A stretch of DNA of 64,000 nucleotides from the NCBI GenBank assembly GCA_028534125.1, contig CM052816.1:88228001-88292000 (forward strand), read 5' to 3'. Positions 27,732-41,655 of the stretch are shown in pieces. The stretch comes from Lama glama. Taxonomy: Eukaryota. The notes under the pieces were generated by a model. That model was not told the origin of the DNA, made no database searches, and saw nothing but the letters and a program-made list of their open reading frames with translations. How positions within the stretch are numbered: the first letter of the stretch is position 1; each line of letters opens with the position of its first letter. The translations under genes were made by a program, and so were the position numbers.

Positions 27732-28250
27732 TGTCCCAGTTATCCAGTACTATGTAAAAACCTATCATACAAATTGGTGGATTAAATAATCCACCATATT
27801 GCTATATTTGAAGATTTTGTGTCAGGATTTCACCTGAGGGATGGTTCAGCTTCACATGGAGTAAAGTAGGATTCTAGGTAATGCTCACCTGGGAGCATCT
27901 CTGGTCAGGAGTAGTCTAAGATGACACCACATATAACCCCAGGACATTTGCAGGATGACCTGAAGGGTGGGCTAAGCGGGCACCCTCCCCCAGCCTCTTT
28001 CTAAGCATAGCTTCCTATGCGTCTTTCCTTTAGGGTTATCAGACTTTTTATATGACCTCTCAGGATTCCAAGATTCCAAGGCAGAACCTTCTAGTCCTCT
28101 TAAACGCTGGCCCAAGACAGGCAGTCATTTGGCCATACCTCTACTGGTCAAAGTGGTAACTGGCCAGTTTACATTCAAAGGAGAGCAAATAAATTCTACT
28201 GTTCGATGGAAAAAAAGCCAAAGAACTTACAGCACTGTCCATCCACCACA
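27732..28250 (-). mobile_element. MaLR solo LTR (MLT1H-like)
   Basis: cagttatcc..gtctaagatgac..cagactttttatatg..tactggtcaaag..cattcaaaggagag..ccaccaca terminus. Confidence 0.6.
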
Positions 28251-28823
28251 AACAATGCCCTTTCTGTCTATAATTTTTTAAATAATTGCAGAATGCCAAA
28301 GAGTATATGATATCTAAATTCATTTGTTATTTCTTTACATGGTTCTCAAACACAGAATTAGGAATACATTGATCTATACACATTTAAGTACAATTCACTT
28401 GCCTTCAGATTCAGCTATGAGTACAGCTTGAAAAAGAAGATATTTATAATCAAGTTTTCACAGCAAAGGATGTCTCAAAGATAAATTAAATTTTCATCAG
28501 TATCAACTGATGAACGACTCACAGAGCTCAAAGCATAAACTAACGCTATCATTAGCGTTAACGCTCCCATTTTCAACACCAAGGCTGAAATATGTATCAG
28601 TCTTTTGTAATGATTATTAAATCATATATCCAGTTGTGCCAAACTGTTTCTCATTTCTCTTGGAATGTAAAATTCACATTAATTTTTCTTGGCAAGTAGA
28701 TAGTGAAAGCCACTATAATAACTGTATGTGTTGTCACAAGTATTTGCATAATTAATTCACCAGGTAAATTATATTTTATGCACAGGAAGCTGTTATACCA
28801 ACAGAACGTATAATTAACCCTCA

Positions 28824-29203
28824 TTTTTTTTTAAATTTCATCTTTATTGAGGTATAATTGACATAGAAAATTATAAGCTATTTAAAGTATACATTGTGGT
28901 GGTTTGATACACGTATATATAGTGAAAAAATCCTCCCAATTCAGCTAACTAACATATTCATCACCTCATATTTATCATTTTTGTATGTGTGTGAGAACAC
29001 ACAAGTTTTATTCTCTTAGCCAATTTCAAGAAAATACAGTAATGACAACTATAGTTTCCACGTTTTACATTAGATCCTCAGAACTTGTTCATCTTATACC
29101 TGAAATTTAATACCCTTTTACCAACCTCTTTCTATTTCTCCTACCTGCCAGCCCCTGACAACTACTTTTCTACCCTCTGTTTCATAAATTTGATTTTTTT
29201 TTT
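28824..29203 (-). mobile_element. L1MA9-like 3'UTR fragment
   Basis: Poly-T then tttattgaggtataattgaca..catcacctcata..acattagatcctcagaactt..gcccctgacaactact. Confidence 0.85.
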
Positions 29204-32200
29204 GGAACAGTTCTGTAGCCCTGTGGTGTAGGGTTTGGAGAATGTGAGGCATGAGGATCTGGGCGGTTGGTTTGAAAACCATTCATTTAGCAACACTTAT
29301 TGTTGATGTGCATTTTTGTTGTGAAGATTTTCTAATTTATTTGTTTCTGACATTGTTATTATAAACAACACTAGATCATACACATTTTTGCCTCATTCTC
29401 ACCAAAGGGTACTATTAAACATTTTAAATTAAACTAATATAATAGGTATAAATCACATTCCATTGTTGTTTTCTCAATTTCCAAAGATCCAATTATTGTT
29501 GACTGAGAATTTTTTCACATTTTATAATCACTTGTGTATCTGTGTGTATGTGTGTTTATCATACATAAGGGAGATTTTCCAGGAAAATATTTAAATATTT
29601 CTTAAATTAAAGTGCTCTTCTTTAATTATTCATTTATATTTTCTACAAATTAGCCCCTACTCTGTTCTCTCTGGTTAAATTACTTTGACTTGTCATTGTG
29701 TTTATAATTTGTTTTCTTTCTTCTTTTTTTTTTTTTAACTCTTGTGTGGTAGTTGGTCTGATTGATTTTTAAATTTTCCCATTGTTTTCCAGAGGTTAAA
29801 AAATTTATATTCAATAAAAATGATAAACATTAACATTAGGACTTACAGTTCTTTTATTTTTATTTTTAGGAAAAAAATCACACTTTGAGATTACTTATTT
29901 TAAGAATGCCCATATATTCTTATAGACATACAGTTTGATTTTTTTAAAACTCTATTTATCCTTGAGTTTATTTTGATGCAAGAAAGTAGTAGGCTTATAG
30001 TTTATTTTTATCAATAAAACTGCTCTTAGACTCACATATTGCACAATTATAGATTCACACCCTTGTGCTTGTATGTTCAGTTTTTACCATGCTTCACTTC
30101 AGTACAAAATACGGAGCTAAAAGTATGCTAATAAATGCTGGTATGCCAAAAACTGGCACACTCACACCTTTCATGTATAAATCTTTCTTGATTTATACTA
30201 TGTAATTTTAATTTATCAATTTATTTTAATTATTTTTCTTCTAGAATCATTTTAATTTACTAATGTCTTTTACTTTAAAGTTGTACATTCCAATGCTTCA
30301 CTTGTATTTAAAAATGTCATTTTTTTTCTGGACCAGAATATTTTTCACAGTTCATTAGTCATTTTGAATTCTAGTCTTAACTTATATTAGAAATAAGCAA
30401 GGAAGCAAGCTAGCTCTCAGAGCTGACACCATGGTCTAATTCTAAATGTTTTTAAAGTAACTGATGGTCTACAAATTACTTGGAATTATAACCCAGTTTT
30501 ATGTTTAATATAATATTTCCATTTAATTTGTGTCCTGTGGAATATCAACATTGCAAACTTAGTCTTCACTATGCTTCTTCATCAGCATTATTACTCATTC
30601 TGGGCAACCTGCCTTTAGGTGATTAGAACTTCATTACATCCAAGAAGATACAATTAAGTAAAACAATAAGTGGTGAGTGTAAAATGGAGATGGCTGTTTT
30701 TGATGACATGGCTTTATGGGATGTATACAAACATTAGTAGACCACAAATTTACATTTATTCAAAAAGTTAAAAATTTAACTCTAAAAATTTTTTCAAAAT
30801 TATTTTTCCCCTCTAGGTAGTTGACAAATACATGTTAAAAACTTAAAACATCTGTTTCTAACATCTACGTTTTCACTGTAGTGGGTCCAACTATTCACCT
30901 GTGGATCAATGCCGATGCCATCCCAAGTACATGATGTTGACTGCTTGATTCATTTCCCACGATACTCGAAGCACAATGCGCATTCAGGTTGGAAGCTCAT
31001 AAATCTTTGAAGTTGAGTGTAGTGAGATTCCTAAGTGCACTGTGTTCTGATGGCATTAAAGATGAGATGTGAAGCTGCCCCACTGCAGCACGATAGTTTA
31101 TCTGTAGTTGATACTATTGTAAATGACAGCCTAGTAGTAATCTAATCAATAATTTAAGTTTTCTCCCCTGGACCAAAATATCCACAAGGGAAGGTATTTC
31201 TGAAGTAACACATCTGATGTTTGGATAAAATAGTTTGGTATTTCAGAATAGTGGTTCATCCAGATTGAAGTGTTCTATTTGCAAACTCCCCCGTATTCAT
31301 TAATGATTTAAGATCATCTACTATCTTTCAGCAGTATGTTTTTCCATTATTTATTTCCACCAAGGTGGAGATAATTAACTTTATTTTTTCCATTCCAGGC
31401 TGTAATTGAACAGATACACTTTAGGGCATATTAAAAGCATATCATTGCTTTGGCGTACTATACATTTCTCACCTGACAGGAGTGTTGAAAATGTGGCTAT
31501 ACAGTTAACCATTCACTATTATTTTCCAGTATATTTGTGATCTATCAACTAACATTTATTCTTTTATTATTTATGCCTCATCCACTTCTAAACTTAGTTT
31601 CAAGTAAATTATTAATCAAGAATTAGATTGTAAAGTTCCAAGACAGAAAAAGTAAAATATTGAGTAAAAGCGTATGTGCAGAATTACAGCTTTTCTTTAA
31701 AAAAAAATAAAGAGAAAGACTATTTTGCAATAATATTCAGTTTACTTTTGTGGTAGAATAGTAACAAACTTGAGGTAATCAGGTCATGTATTTTGTATTT
31801 AAAAGCAATTAACATCATGAATGTTTCCCTAAGATTACATATATGTATTAGAGCAATAATACATTGAATTTCATAAGACTATCAGAAATGTATTTACATT
31901 TATTTAGTTATTGTAATCTGTACTATGTTTTTCAGATCATGTTAGCTCTCTTTTTTTCTAAGACAAAAGTATCAAGGTGCCATGTTAGTGGAAAGTTTAT
32001 GAAAAAGCACTTTTGGAACAATATTTAATCTGTTGTAATGTATGTGAAAGTGACATTTATGGTCAGAAAAATGAAACTTCATAATGTCTTTGCCTGTTTG
32101 GAATATATACCCAAGAATATGTTTATGTTTTATAGAATTATAATCCTTAGTTTTCTCAGAAAAAATTTTTGGTTTGTTGATCTACCCAGTGGGTCAGGTG

Positions 32201-32239
32201 TTATTGATAAATACACAATAATTATATTTGAAAATGAAA

Positions 32240-34110
32240 TGTAATATGTATGTAGGAAAATGTGTATGTCTTAAGTATAGTATTAAATTAACGTTGACAA
32301 AAGAACTCATCTAAGTAATGGGCACTCTGACAAAGAAAGAAACATGACTAGCACTTCAGTGTCACTACCAGCCTAACCATGGTAACCATTATCTTGGCTT
32401 TCAACCTGTAAAATTAGCTGTGCTTGTTTTTGTGCTTAGTATATTTAACGTACTTAGAAGTCAACTAGAGGGCCTCAGGTTTCTTTTACTCAACATTATG
32501 CCTGTGAGATTCCTCTGTATTTTTCCACGCTATGTACATAATTTATTATCACTGCTATATATAATTCAATGTACTGAGTACTGTAGTTCATGTATTTATT
32601 TTGTAATCATCTGAATGTTAAAAATGAACTTGAAACTATCTTTTTACTTTTTCTTAGTTTTTAGAAATCATAATTTCTTTAGGACAAGTTTTTTTTGTGG
32701 GAAGATCTTTTAAAAACATTTCTTTAATCTTTATATTTCATTCATTGATATACAAATATTTATATTATTTATTTCATCTTGAGTGAGCTTTTTTTAGTTT
32801 TGAGTGAATTTTGAGTTTTCCTTTGTCCATTTTCAAAGGTATATTTTTTTGGCATTAAAGTGTGTATGTTATTTCCTTAGTATCTTTGGTAGAATCTGTA
32901 GTGATACCACTTCTCTCATTCTTGATATATTTTCAGTTTGTCCTTTTTTCCCATGCTTTTTTTCTTTCCTTAATCAGTCTGCCTAGGGATTTATCCTTTT
33001 TTTTTTTTAATCTTCACAGGGAACCAATTTATGGCTTCTCTATTGATTTTCTTTTTTCTACTTGTTTTCTTTCCCCAAGTTTCTTTGCTATTTCACTTAT
33101 TTTGTTTACTTTTGGGTTTTATTTGCTCTTCTGTTTTTGTTTATTATGGTGTAAACTGAAAGACATTTCTTCTTTTCTATCATAGGTGTTCCGTGCTAAA
33201 AATATCTAAGTACTATTTTACTTGCAGCCAGCACATCTCTATATGCTTATTTTCATTTTCATTAAGCTCAAAATATTTTCTAATTTCTATTTTTTATTTG
33301 ATCTATGGGTTATATGGAATAAAGTAACTTCGTTTCCAAATATTTAGAAAGTTTTCCAGATACATTTCTGATGTTTATTTCTAATATAATTGCATTGTGG
33401 TCAGAGAAAAATTGTGTTAGTTGAATTAACTGAGCTTTGCAATGTGACCCAGAATATAGTTGATTCTATGCATGTCACTGTTTCCATTATTTGGAGAGAA
33501 TTTTATCACATTGGTATTTTTGAAGTATTCTATATTAGTCAATTAAGTCAAGTTGTTTGATACTTTTGTTTAATTCTTCTATGTTCTTACTTAATTTCTG
33601 TTCTATTGTTTTATTAAGTATTTAGAAAAGGGTGTTGAAATCTTGTACTATAATTATGGATTTCTCTATTTCTCTGTGAAGTTCTATCAGTTTTGTTCAT
33701 ATATTTTAAGGTATTTAGAAAAGGGTGTTGAAATCTTGTACTATAATTATGGATTTCTCTATTTCTCTGTGAAGTTCTATCAGTTTTGTTCATATATTTT
33801 AAGGTATTGTTATAAGGTGTGTAACCAATTAAAATTGTTATGTATTTTTGATGAACTGACCACTTTTTCTTCACGAATGACCATCTTTATTCATAGTTAT
33901 ATTCTCTGTCTGAAATCTGCTTTGTCTGATATAAACAGTTTTATTTTGATTATTGAAAGCATTGTATATCCCTTGTCTTTCTTTACATGTAATGTGTGCT
34001 GATTATAGGTAACATGTAGTTGGGTTTTGCTTCTATCCAATGTGAGAATTTATATCATTTGTGGCGTTTAGGCCATTTACATTTAGTGTAATTGACTTGT
34101 TTGAAGTTAT
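32240..34110 (-). mobile_element. Fragmented old L1M (3'UTR piece plus ORF2 endonuclease/linker pieces)
   Basis: T-rich antisense L1 motifs: cattgtggtcagagaa, ggtgttgaaatct..ctataattatggattt, aaatctgctttgtctgatat, ccatttacatttagtgtaatt. Confidence 0.75.
33618..33808. repeat. Perfect 93-bp tandem duplication
   Basis: 33618-33710 is identical to 33711-33803, followed by a further GTATT. Confidence 0.97.
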
Positions 34111-34234
34111 GTTTAAAATTTTAGAATATAATGCAAGGCAATGCAGAATATATTAAGAACTTCTATAAATAATAAATAAAATGGAAAACAAATATTGCTG
34201 AAAGATTTTTTTTTAATTCTTTAGTTGGTAGTGT

Positions 34235-34790
34235 CCCCCCTCTATTGTTTACTGCACTGTAAACTGTTTGCCCCTTTGTGATTAATAAGTGCTTTTAGAA
34301 GGGGAACTATTCTGATATTATGCAATTTTCTTTTTCATGAAATTTTTATCCATACTTTATGAATACATTTATATTTTGTGCCTAATTTAATTATTGTTAC
34401 CATAGTTGCCATATAGCAATTTTTAAATTCCAACATTTGACTTAAATTTATGATTTGCCCTTTAACTGTAAGAAAGACTTCTTCCTCTCCCTATTTATAT
34501 ATTTATTGTATCATTATAAGTACATATAACCATTCTTAAGGAGTCTTGATTTCCCCTGGTTTTGAAAGTAATTAGAGTCCAAGTTCTCAGTGCTAGTTAT
34601 ATTCCTAGCTCTCCCTTTTTCAAAGGACATAGCTAGAACATGGAGACACACACACACACACATGCAGATTTATATTTATCTTTTTTCTATCTATCTTTTG
34701 AAAACCATGAGTTCACACTAGTACCTCCAATTCCAATTTCACACTAGATGCTATAATTTAGCTTCCCACTTTTCCTTTTTATATCCCCTG
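34235..34790 (-). mobile_element. Old L1MC-like 3'UTR fragment containing an (AC)n tract at 34646-34662
   Basis: cccctttgtgattaataagt..ttgaaaaccatgagttcacactagtacctccaattcc. Confidence 0.6.
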
Positions 34791-37049
34791 ACTGTAGGGT
34801 ACTATAGTGAGACACACTGCTTTCTCCAAAGTAATAATTTTTTCATAAATAAAGATTCTGTTAATTTCCAAAATTTGAGATTTTTATACTCCTGCTATGG
34901 ATTAGTCATCCAAACAAAACTTACTTACTTTGAACATTTTTTGTGATAATCTGTCTCTTTGCTCCTTCTGGTATCTAATATCATTCAAGTTAATATTTCA
35001 ACCAAAACTTACATACTGGTTTCCTGTGACATATATACTTTGTTACTAAAATAGTAAAAAATCTTATTTAACCTATACATTATTTTTTAAAAATAAAAGA
35101 TTGTGCTAGAACATCTGAAAAATTTTCAATATAATTGTTCTATGACTCTTACATTCTAAGAGTCTAGTCTGAATTCCATAGTCTTAACTGCTTCAGTGGG
35201 ATGGCATGATATTACTAATAATTGATTCCACCTTTCCTATTCTTACTGTATGACACCATCTTATATAACTTTATGATTTGGATTTAAATTGGATCTGAGT
35301 TATAATTTCAAGATTCTTAAAATAAATTGATAAGGGAAGCAGAGTTAACCATTATTTTTTACCTGAATAAAATGTGTAGAATGCCAAATATGCAACTATA
35401 CTAAAGAAAATGAAGTTTACTTGCCTATTATATAGGGAAAAAAACCCACGATTGAATATGCTAATTTTGCCCTAAATCAATAAATGTGGAAGAAAATACC
35501 AAAAATAAAAATAGCTATTTTCTGATTCTAGATAATAAATAATAAAATACCAAGAAACAATATTTTATTCAAGTTATCTCTTTTTTAAATAATTTCAAAT
35601 TTTTCCAAGCTTTAAAAAATTATTTATCACTCTTTGATATTTTATTAAAATATATTTCTTTGTTTTCCAAACTTTCATACAGAAAATTATTTTTTGCTAT
35701 ATTAGCAAAAAGCTGACCTGCATAAAAGTCTCCTTAGAAGAGGCATTTGAGACAAATCATCATAGAATATTAATACTTTCAAAATAGTAATTAATATAAC
35801 ATTTTGTTAAAGCCTCTATCATAGGTATAAAGTTTTATTAAATTATATGTAAAGAATATTTGAGGAAAATAGGATAGAAATGATCTATGTATATATACAT
35901 TTATATGGTGAACACTGATTTATTCCAATATTTTTCTGTGCCTATCTTCCATTATAAAATGAAGATAAGTGTTAAGCAATTATAATTATTTTTATGCCTG
36001 TTTTATTCCTGAGGGATTAAGGAGTAAGTATCAATTAGTCAAATATTGTATTTTGAATAAGCATAGGGTACAAAAAATTAACCACAAAAATATCCAACAG
36101 ATAATTTACCGTGATCTTTGAGTATTTATAGAGTGTTAAAAATGTGAGGAAATAAAAATAATTGAAGGATTTAGAATATGATCTCTAAGATATTTTGCAA
36201 TTCTAGGATTTTTCTAATTATCTAATTATAGAATTCTAAGTAGTGAATATATTTTAGATTTAAATTAATTCACTTATTACTATTACATAGTTCAAAGTTG
36301 TAAATGAATTCACAGTACCAGTTCATTCTGTGTTTTGGGTGTTGTATACTACTTGCCATAGTTAATTTACCAAGAGGCCTCATTGGGGGTTTTATCTTAG
36401 GTCAAAATCTATCCTGCATTTTTAGAAGATTGCTGTGGAGCATTCTTCTTTCCCAATCAGATTCATATTAACCAGATTCACAGAGCCTGGTGTAAAAAAA
36501 AATATAATTAAAAATGATAAATAAGACTGTTTAAAACATTGTTAATGTTCAAATTATTTAATGATCAATACATCATGGACATCAAACAGTAAGTGTGGAC
36601 TTTAGTATTGGCATATGTACTTGACTAGCAGCCCTCACTGAGGACCCTGAAAACTTGCTTAGCGGATCCTACTTAGAGACACAGTAAGCAGTTCTAAAGA
36701 GCAGGCCAAATTACAACCAGAATGTTATTTGGACAGAGTAGAATAAGGATGAAAAGAGTTAGCTCATCATTCAAAGGTGATTAGCATCGCTACAAATAAG
36801 CCAGTATCCCAGAAGTGAGACAGTGTCTTTCCCAGATGAGGTCCACATGTCTCACTTCTCTCATGCCAAGCGGTTGGTAATACACCACCACCTCAATCAC
36901 CTTAGGAAAAATTCTGGTGCCTATTCTGGTATATCACATGTATAATAGCCTGACCAAGGTCATTTTATAATGATAACATTTTCAAGCCAACTTTCTTCTT
37001 AGGAACTTTACCAAATAAAGTATGAAATGTGCTTGAGATGAAGAAAAAT

Positions 37050-37445
37050 TAAGCTTACCATCTATTAGAGAAGCGGGGTAAATGAAATCCCAAATTTCAG
37101 AAGTGTTACATAGACATGTTATTTTCTAGCTCATGTAATGCTTCTGTGCAGGTAATCTTGGTTAGTGAGTCTTTTTTCCACCCAGGCTCCTTTATTTTAT
37201 TGCTCTGCTGTTCACTGGTCCACAGCACCCAGCTAGCGGAAGGTGAAGAAGATGGTGCTGATGCCCTGTTGCTGTAAACTCTAGTCTAAAAGTGTCACAC
37301 ATCTTCACTTGGAATGAGAGAAACAAGTCTTGTGGTTGTATCTGGATCTAAGAAATAGAGGCCCTGGTGAGCAGCTGATTCCCATTAACTACACACTGTG
37401 GAAGGAAAATCACAAATTTCTGTTGAATGATCAGCTATATATGCA
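37050..37445 (-). mobile_element. Old MaLR LTR (MLT1K/L-like)
   Basis: cccaaatttcag..ttattttctagctcatg..cacccaggctcc..aagtgtcacacatc..tgtggaagg. Confidence 0.5.
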
Positions 37446-37809
37446 ACATACAGAATATCAATTCCACTCTACACAGCTGATATCTGTGACTCAAAAGATT
37501 CATTTTTTCCCAATATTACCCAACTAGTACAGGGCAGAGTCATGATGGAAAATTTAATCTCTTGTTTTCACTCCACCACCCCCCAAATGCTTGTGCTTTT
37601 TTCCCTTTGCCCTTTATTACTAGGTCACATAAATATTAACATGGGTTAAGAAAAATATTGGCAATATTTGTAAACTATTGTTCATAAAGTTCTTCTATGC
37701 TCTTTATTCATATACTAAATTCTTCAAAGAACAGAACATGAGGCAGAGGGCTTTTGTATTTGTGCTTTCCTCAGGACTACAGAGAGAGGAGGACTTTGTC
37801 ATCTTATGT

Positions 37810-38450
37810 AAGGATGGGGGTCCAGTTGCTGGGAGACACGTGATTAGAGAGCTGGAACTTTCAGTCCTATTCCCCTGACTTCCTGGGAGGGGAGAGAGGC
37901 TGAAGGTGGAGCCAATCACCAGTGCCCGTGGTTTAATCAGTCATGCATGCATAATGAAACCTCCATAAAAATCCAAAGGGACAAGGTTTGGAGCGCCTCC
38001 TGGTGGATGAGTACGTGGAGATTTGGGAGAGCAGTGAGCTGGGAGAGGACATGGATGCTCCTTGCCTTCTCCCCATACCCTGTCTCAATCTTCTCTTCTA
38101 TCTGACTGTTCTAGAATTTGACCCTTTTATTGAAAAAAATAAAAAGGCGATCTAGTCAGTAAAATGTTTCCCTCAGTACTGTGAGCTGCTCTAGAACCAA
38201 GGATGGGTCATTGGAAGCTTGATCTATATCAAGTTGGTCAGAAGCACGGGTAAAAATCTAGTCTTGGCATCTCATGCATGTGAAGGGGCCAGTCTTTGTG
38301 GCACTGAGCCCTTAACCTCTGGAATCAGACACTATCTCCATGAAGATAGTGTCAGAATTAAGTTGAATTGCAGGACACTCAGCTGGTATCAGCGAATTGC
38401 TTGGTGGTTTGGAGACTTTTGACTTCCCTCCCTTCATCAGAATTGGAATT
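37810..38450 (+). mobile_element. ERVL LTR (MER21-like)
   Basis: gtgattagagagctggaactttcag..ggaggggagagaggctgaag..aatgaaacctccataaaa..ttggtcagaagcac..gacactatctcc..gatagtgtcagaatt. Confidence 0.85.
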
Positions 38451-39489
38451 GGAAATTGAATCATTTTGATAAAAAATACATATTTTTTTCAAATCAAGCG
38501 CCTATATAATTCACCCCTTTAAACATACTATTTTTAAGCTGGTGAACTAAACTCAACCCCAGGCTCACTAAAGCTCAAGTGAGACTCATTTCTAGGATGA
38601 GAATATTTTATTCAAGGATCCATAAAGAATATCTGAAGTTCCTAAATACTTTCGAATATCTACAACATATAACATAGAGAGTAACATATATTTTTTTGTT
38701 CTGAACAAAAATGTACTATTTATCCTATTTAAAATAGTCTATTACAGTATGAAACACAGAGTTTAAAATAAAATTGCTGTCACCAGTTTGACTGAGCTAT
38801 TTGTTCCCTAGCCGATGCTATCAATAAAAATCTTTCTATTCCATGTGAAAATTCACTAGTACAGGCAGTGAAGATTGAATTTAGAATAAACTAGAGATGA
38901 CTTCTTAAAATTCGTAATGGACAATGACAGCCACCTTTCTTACATTCAGTGTCAAACTCTTCCTTAAGAGAAATTTTGAAGTCACTGAGAAGCACTTATG
39001 CTAAGTTTATAGGGGCTTTTTTTTTTATTTCAAATACAGTGAAGCATTGTTAGCACCTGCAGACAAGTTCAAGTGATAATTTTACCTTTGTTGGAGACAT
39101 TTATCTGGCTACAGTGTCAGCAGGGTTAGTCTCTTCAGTTCAGCAATGGCCAGAAATATATGAACAATTACCCTCCAGATCAAAAAAACAAGACGACAAC
39201 TGCATGAGAACAACAAAAATAGCTCTTTGGCTGGTGTCTCTATGTAGTATTCATGATGTCCTTTGCTTTACTGAGCCCCCATGTGTCTCAACCCACAATC
39301 CACAAAGCTTCCTGAGAAGTCTCACTGCCCTGGTGCAAATGGACTGAGAACCTCCAATTTTGGGTGAACAAACTGCTAAAAGCTAAAAAAAAAGAAATCT
39401 CAAGTTGCCATGATCAGTATGATTCTGTATAGAAGGAATAAAAAGGCTTTTCAATAATTTTATGTATCTTTTTAATCGAAGTAGCTGTT

Positions 39490-39927
39490 GATGTTGAGAC
39501 CATGTCCCCATCAAACTCAAATCTAGATACCACAAAGCCGCTTCCTGCAGACACCTGTGGCTCTCTGATGGCTTTATTGCTGGGCTTGAGCAGGTGTGTC
39601 ACCTGTTCCAGGTAAGCTTGGAGGGTCCTAGAATTAACGGCCTGAGTCATGTAGGAACCATCAGTCCATGGCAGATGGAGAGTTGACTTTCTTGCCCCCA
39701 AGACTGTAACCCTGAGGTGTGTGCTGTATCTCTCTGAACTTGACAGCATGAAAAGTCTCACTCATCAACAGCAATAACCCGTTTAATGAAGCACCCTTTC
39801 TTGGCTTATATCTATCTCTTCTCCTTTTCCATTCTCATCTATTGCTTCCTGATTCTTTTCAAATAAATCAATTGCACTCCAAATCGTCATCCCTGGGTCT
39901 ACTTCTGAAGGAATCCAGCGTAAGAAA
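39490..39927 (+). mobile_element. ERVL solo LTR (LTR16C-like)
   Basis: 3' end aaataaatcaattgcactccaaatc..ctgggtctacttctgaaggaatccagcgtaaga. Confidence 0.65.
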
Positions 39928-41404
39928 CAAGGCCATCCCATAAATCCTTAAATGATTCCACTATTTGTCCTCAAAACCTGACCTTTAAGTTCTATATTGT
40001 GTCGTATTTATGTGTATATTTATTCATTATATCCAAAATATGCTTTTTCCTCTAGCATTTAGAACAGATAATTTTTCGTGTGTTTTGAGCAGCAGAGGAA
40101 CTGACTTTCATTGCAGAGATACATGATTAAAAATGGGGTATCTTTCAATTCTGGGATCCTATTTAGCATGGTGAAAAAATGCAGACTGAGGGAACAAAAT
40201 ATTAGAGCACCTTTCTCATATTCAATGAAAGTAATCCTTGAATGACTATGGCAGGTTGAACCCCCCTCTTTATTTTCCCCCCATTTTAGTCCTACCAGTG
40301 GGACAAAGTCTTGCTTGTTGGATTTGATCAAGAAGCTGAAATTGGAGGATATTTTCTTAATAGTTTCTTCAACAGTAGGGGGAGCTTTTAGCTTGTATGG
40401 AGCAGAACAGTATTTGTAATTTATTCTTTGGTAGAGAAAATCAGAGAAGTGAAACATTATGGTTCTTTCAAAACATGTTTTAGAAGAATTAAGCAGGCTC
40501 TGATCCCATTTTCATGGATGACATGGCATCTTTCAACTTGTTACACAGCTAAAGAACACAGTGGGAAAAGAAGCATTGCTTCTTGCTGACTTTACTGAAG
40601 TGATCTGGTCTCCACTGGGCTACTAAAGGGATTTACATCTTGGAGCAGTCTGAGAATATTTTAGGGCTCTTGGAATTATGTTGCAATTGTCAGCGTCCCT
40701 TTTCCTAAGGAAACAGGTCTTTGGCAGACAGCAGTGAAGGAAGTGTACAACCACCATAAATAATTCCAAAAATAAATATACAAGAAGGAAAATGTGAATT
40801 ACCCTGATTTTCAAAGAATGAAAACTATAGTAATATGTTACATGTTTTTGTATCCTGAATTCAAATACGTTCTGAATAAGTAGGCAATTAACCATAAGTG
40901 AAAAGACTTAAATTCTCTATCAAATTTACCTCATTTCAAAGATGTTTCAGTATAGAATGGGAATATATATTGCTTTTTCTTTTCAGCTAAATAATTTATT
41001 GCTTCGTTAACTATCCAGATTTGAAATTTTGTATGAACACAAGTCTGTGAAATCATACTCAATGACCTGATAGTATAAAGATGCAGACAGGAGAGGGGAA
41101 AAAAAGGCTATAGGGGAATTGTTTCCTTACAGGAAGTCACATTCTCTCCTTGACTATTCTTGGGATATAAATTATATGATCCTTTGTTTAGAATCCCTCT
41201 GACACAGCATTCCTTTCTGTCACTATTTATAGAGGCAGAGCCGCATACTAAAAGTAGCACAGCTTTGCAGTAATAAAACCTAGGCTCACAAGGGAAGGAT
41301 ATTTACATTTATTGAATATATACTACGTCTAAGACTTTTTATTAGGTATGTTGCATTTAGTAACCAGTTTAATATGACCCTCAGAACAACATTATGATGC
41401 ATCA

Positions 41405-41655
41405 TAAATTGTGGCTACAAGTATGCTTTGGAAACAGAATCTCTGGGTTAGAATAAAAACTACCACTTTTAAAGTGTGTAATCTTGGAAAAAGTCACTTA
41501 ACTTCTCTGTGCTTCGGCTGTAAAGCTGCAAAAAGAAAAAAAAATGACAATGAGAGTAACGACATTATTGAGTTACTATGAGGATTAAATATGTTCTTCT
41601 ATCTAAAAGTGCTTTGATTATTATCTAGCAAAGAATGAGAACTAAATAAATAGTG
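41405..41655 (+). mobile_element. MIR SINE
   Basis: ctgggttagaat..tgtgtaatcttggaaaaagtcacttaacttctctgtgcttc..tgaggattaaat. Confidence 0.7.

Noticed and set aside
33614..34002. ORFs with a perfect 31-aa internal repeat
   Set aside because: Produced by the 93-bp DNA duplication inside a decayed L1
38329..38353. Hairpin gacactatct..agatagtgtc
   Set aside because: Part of the MER21-like LTR itself
40059..40457. 132-aa minus-strand ORF
   Set aside because: No recognisable domain or exon structure; consistent with a chance ORF
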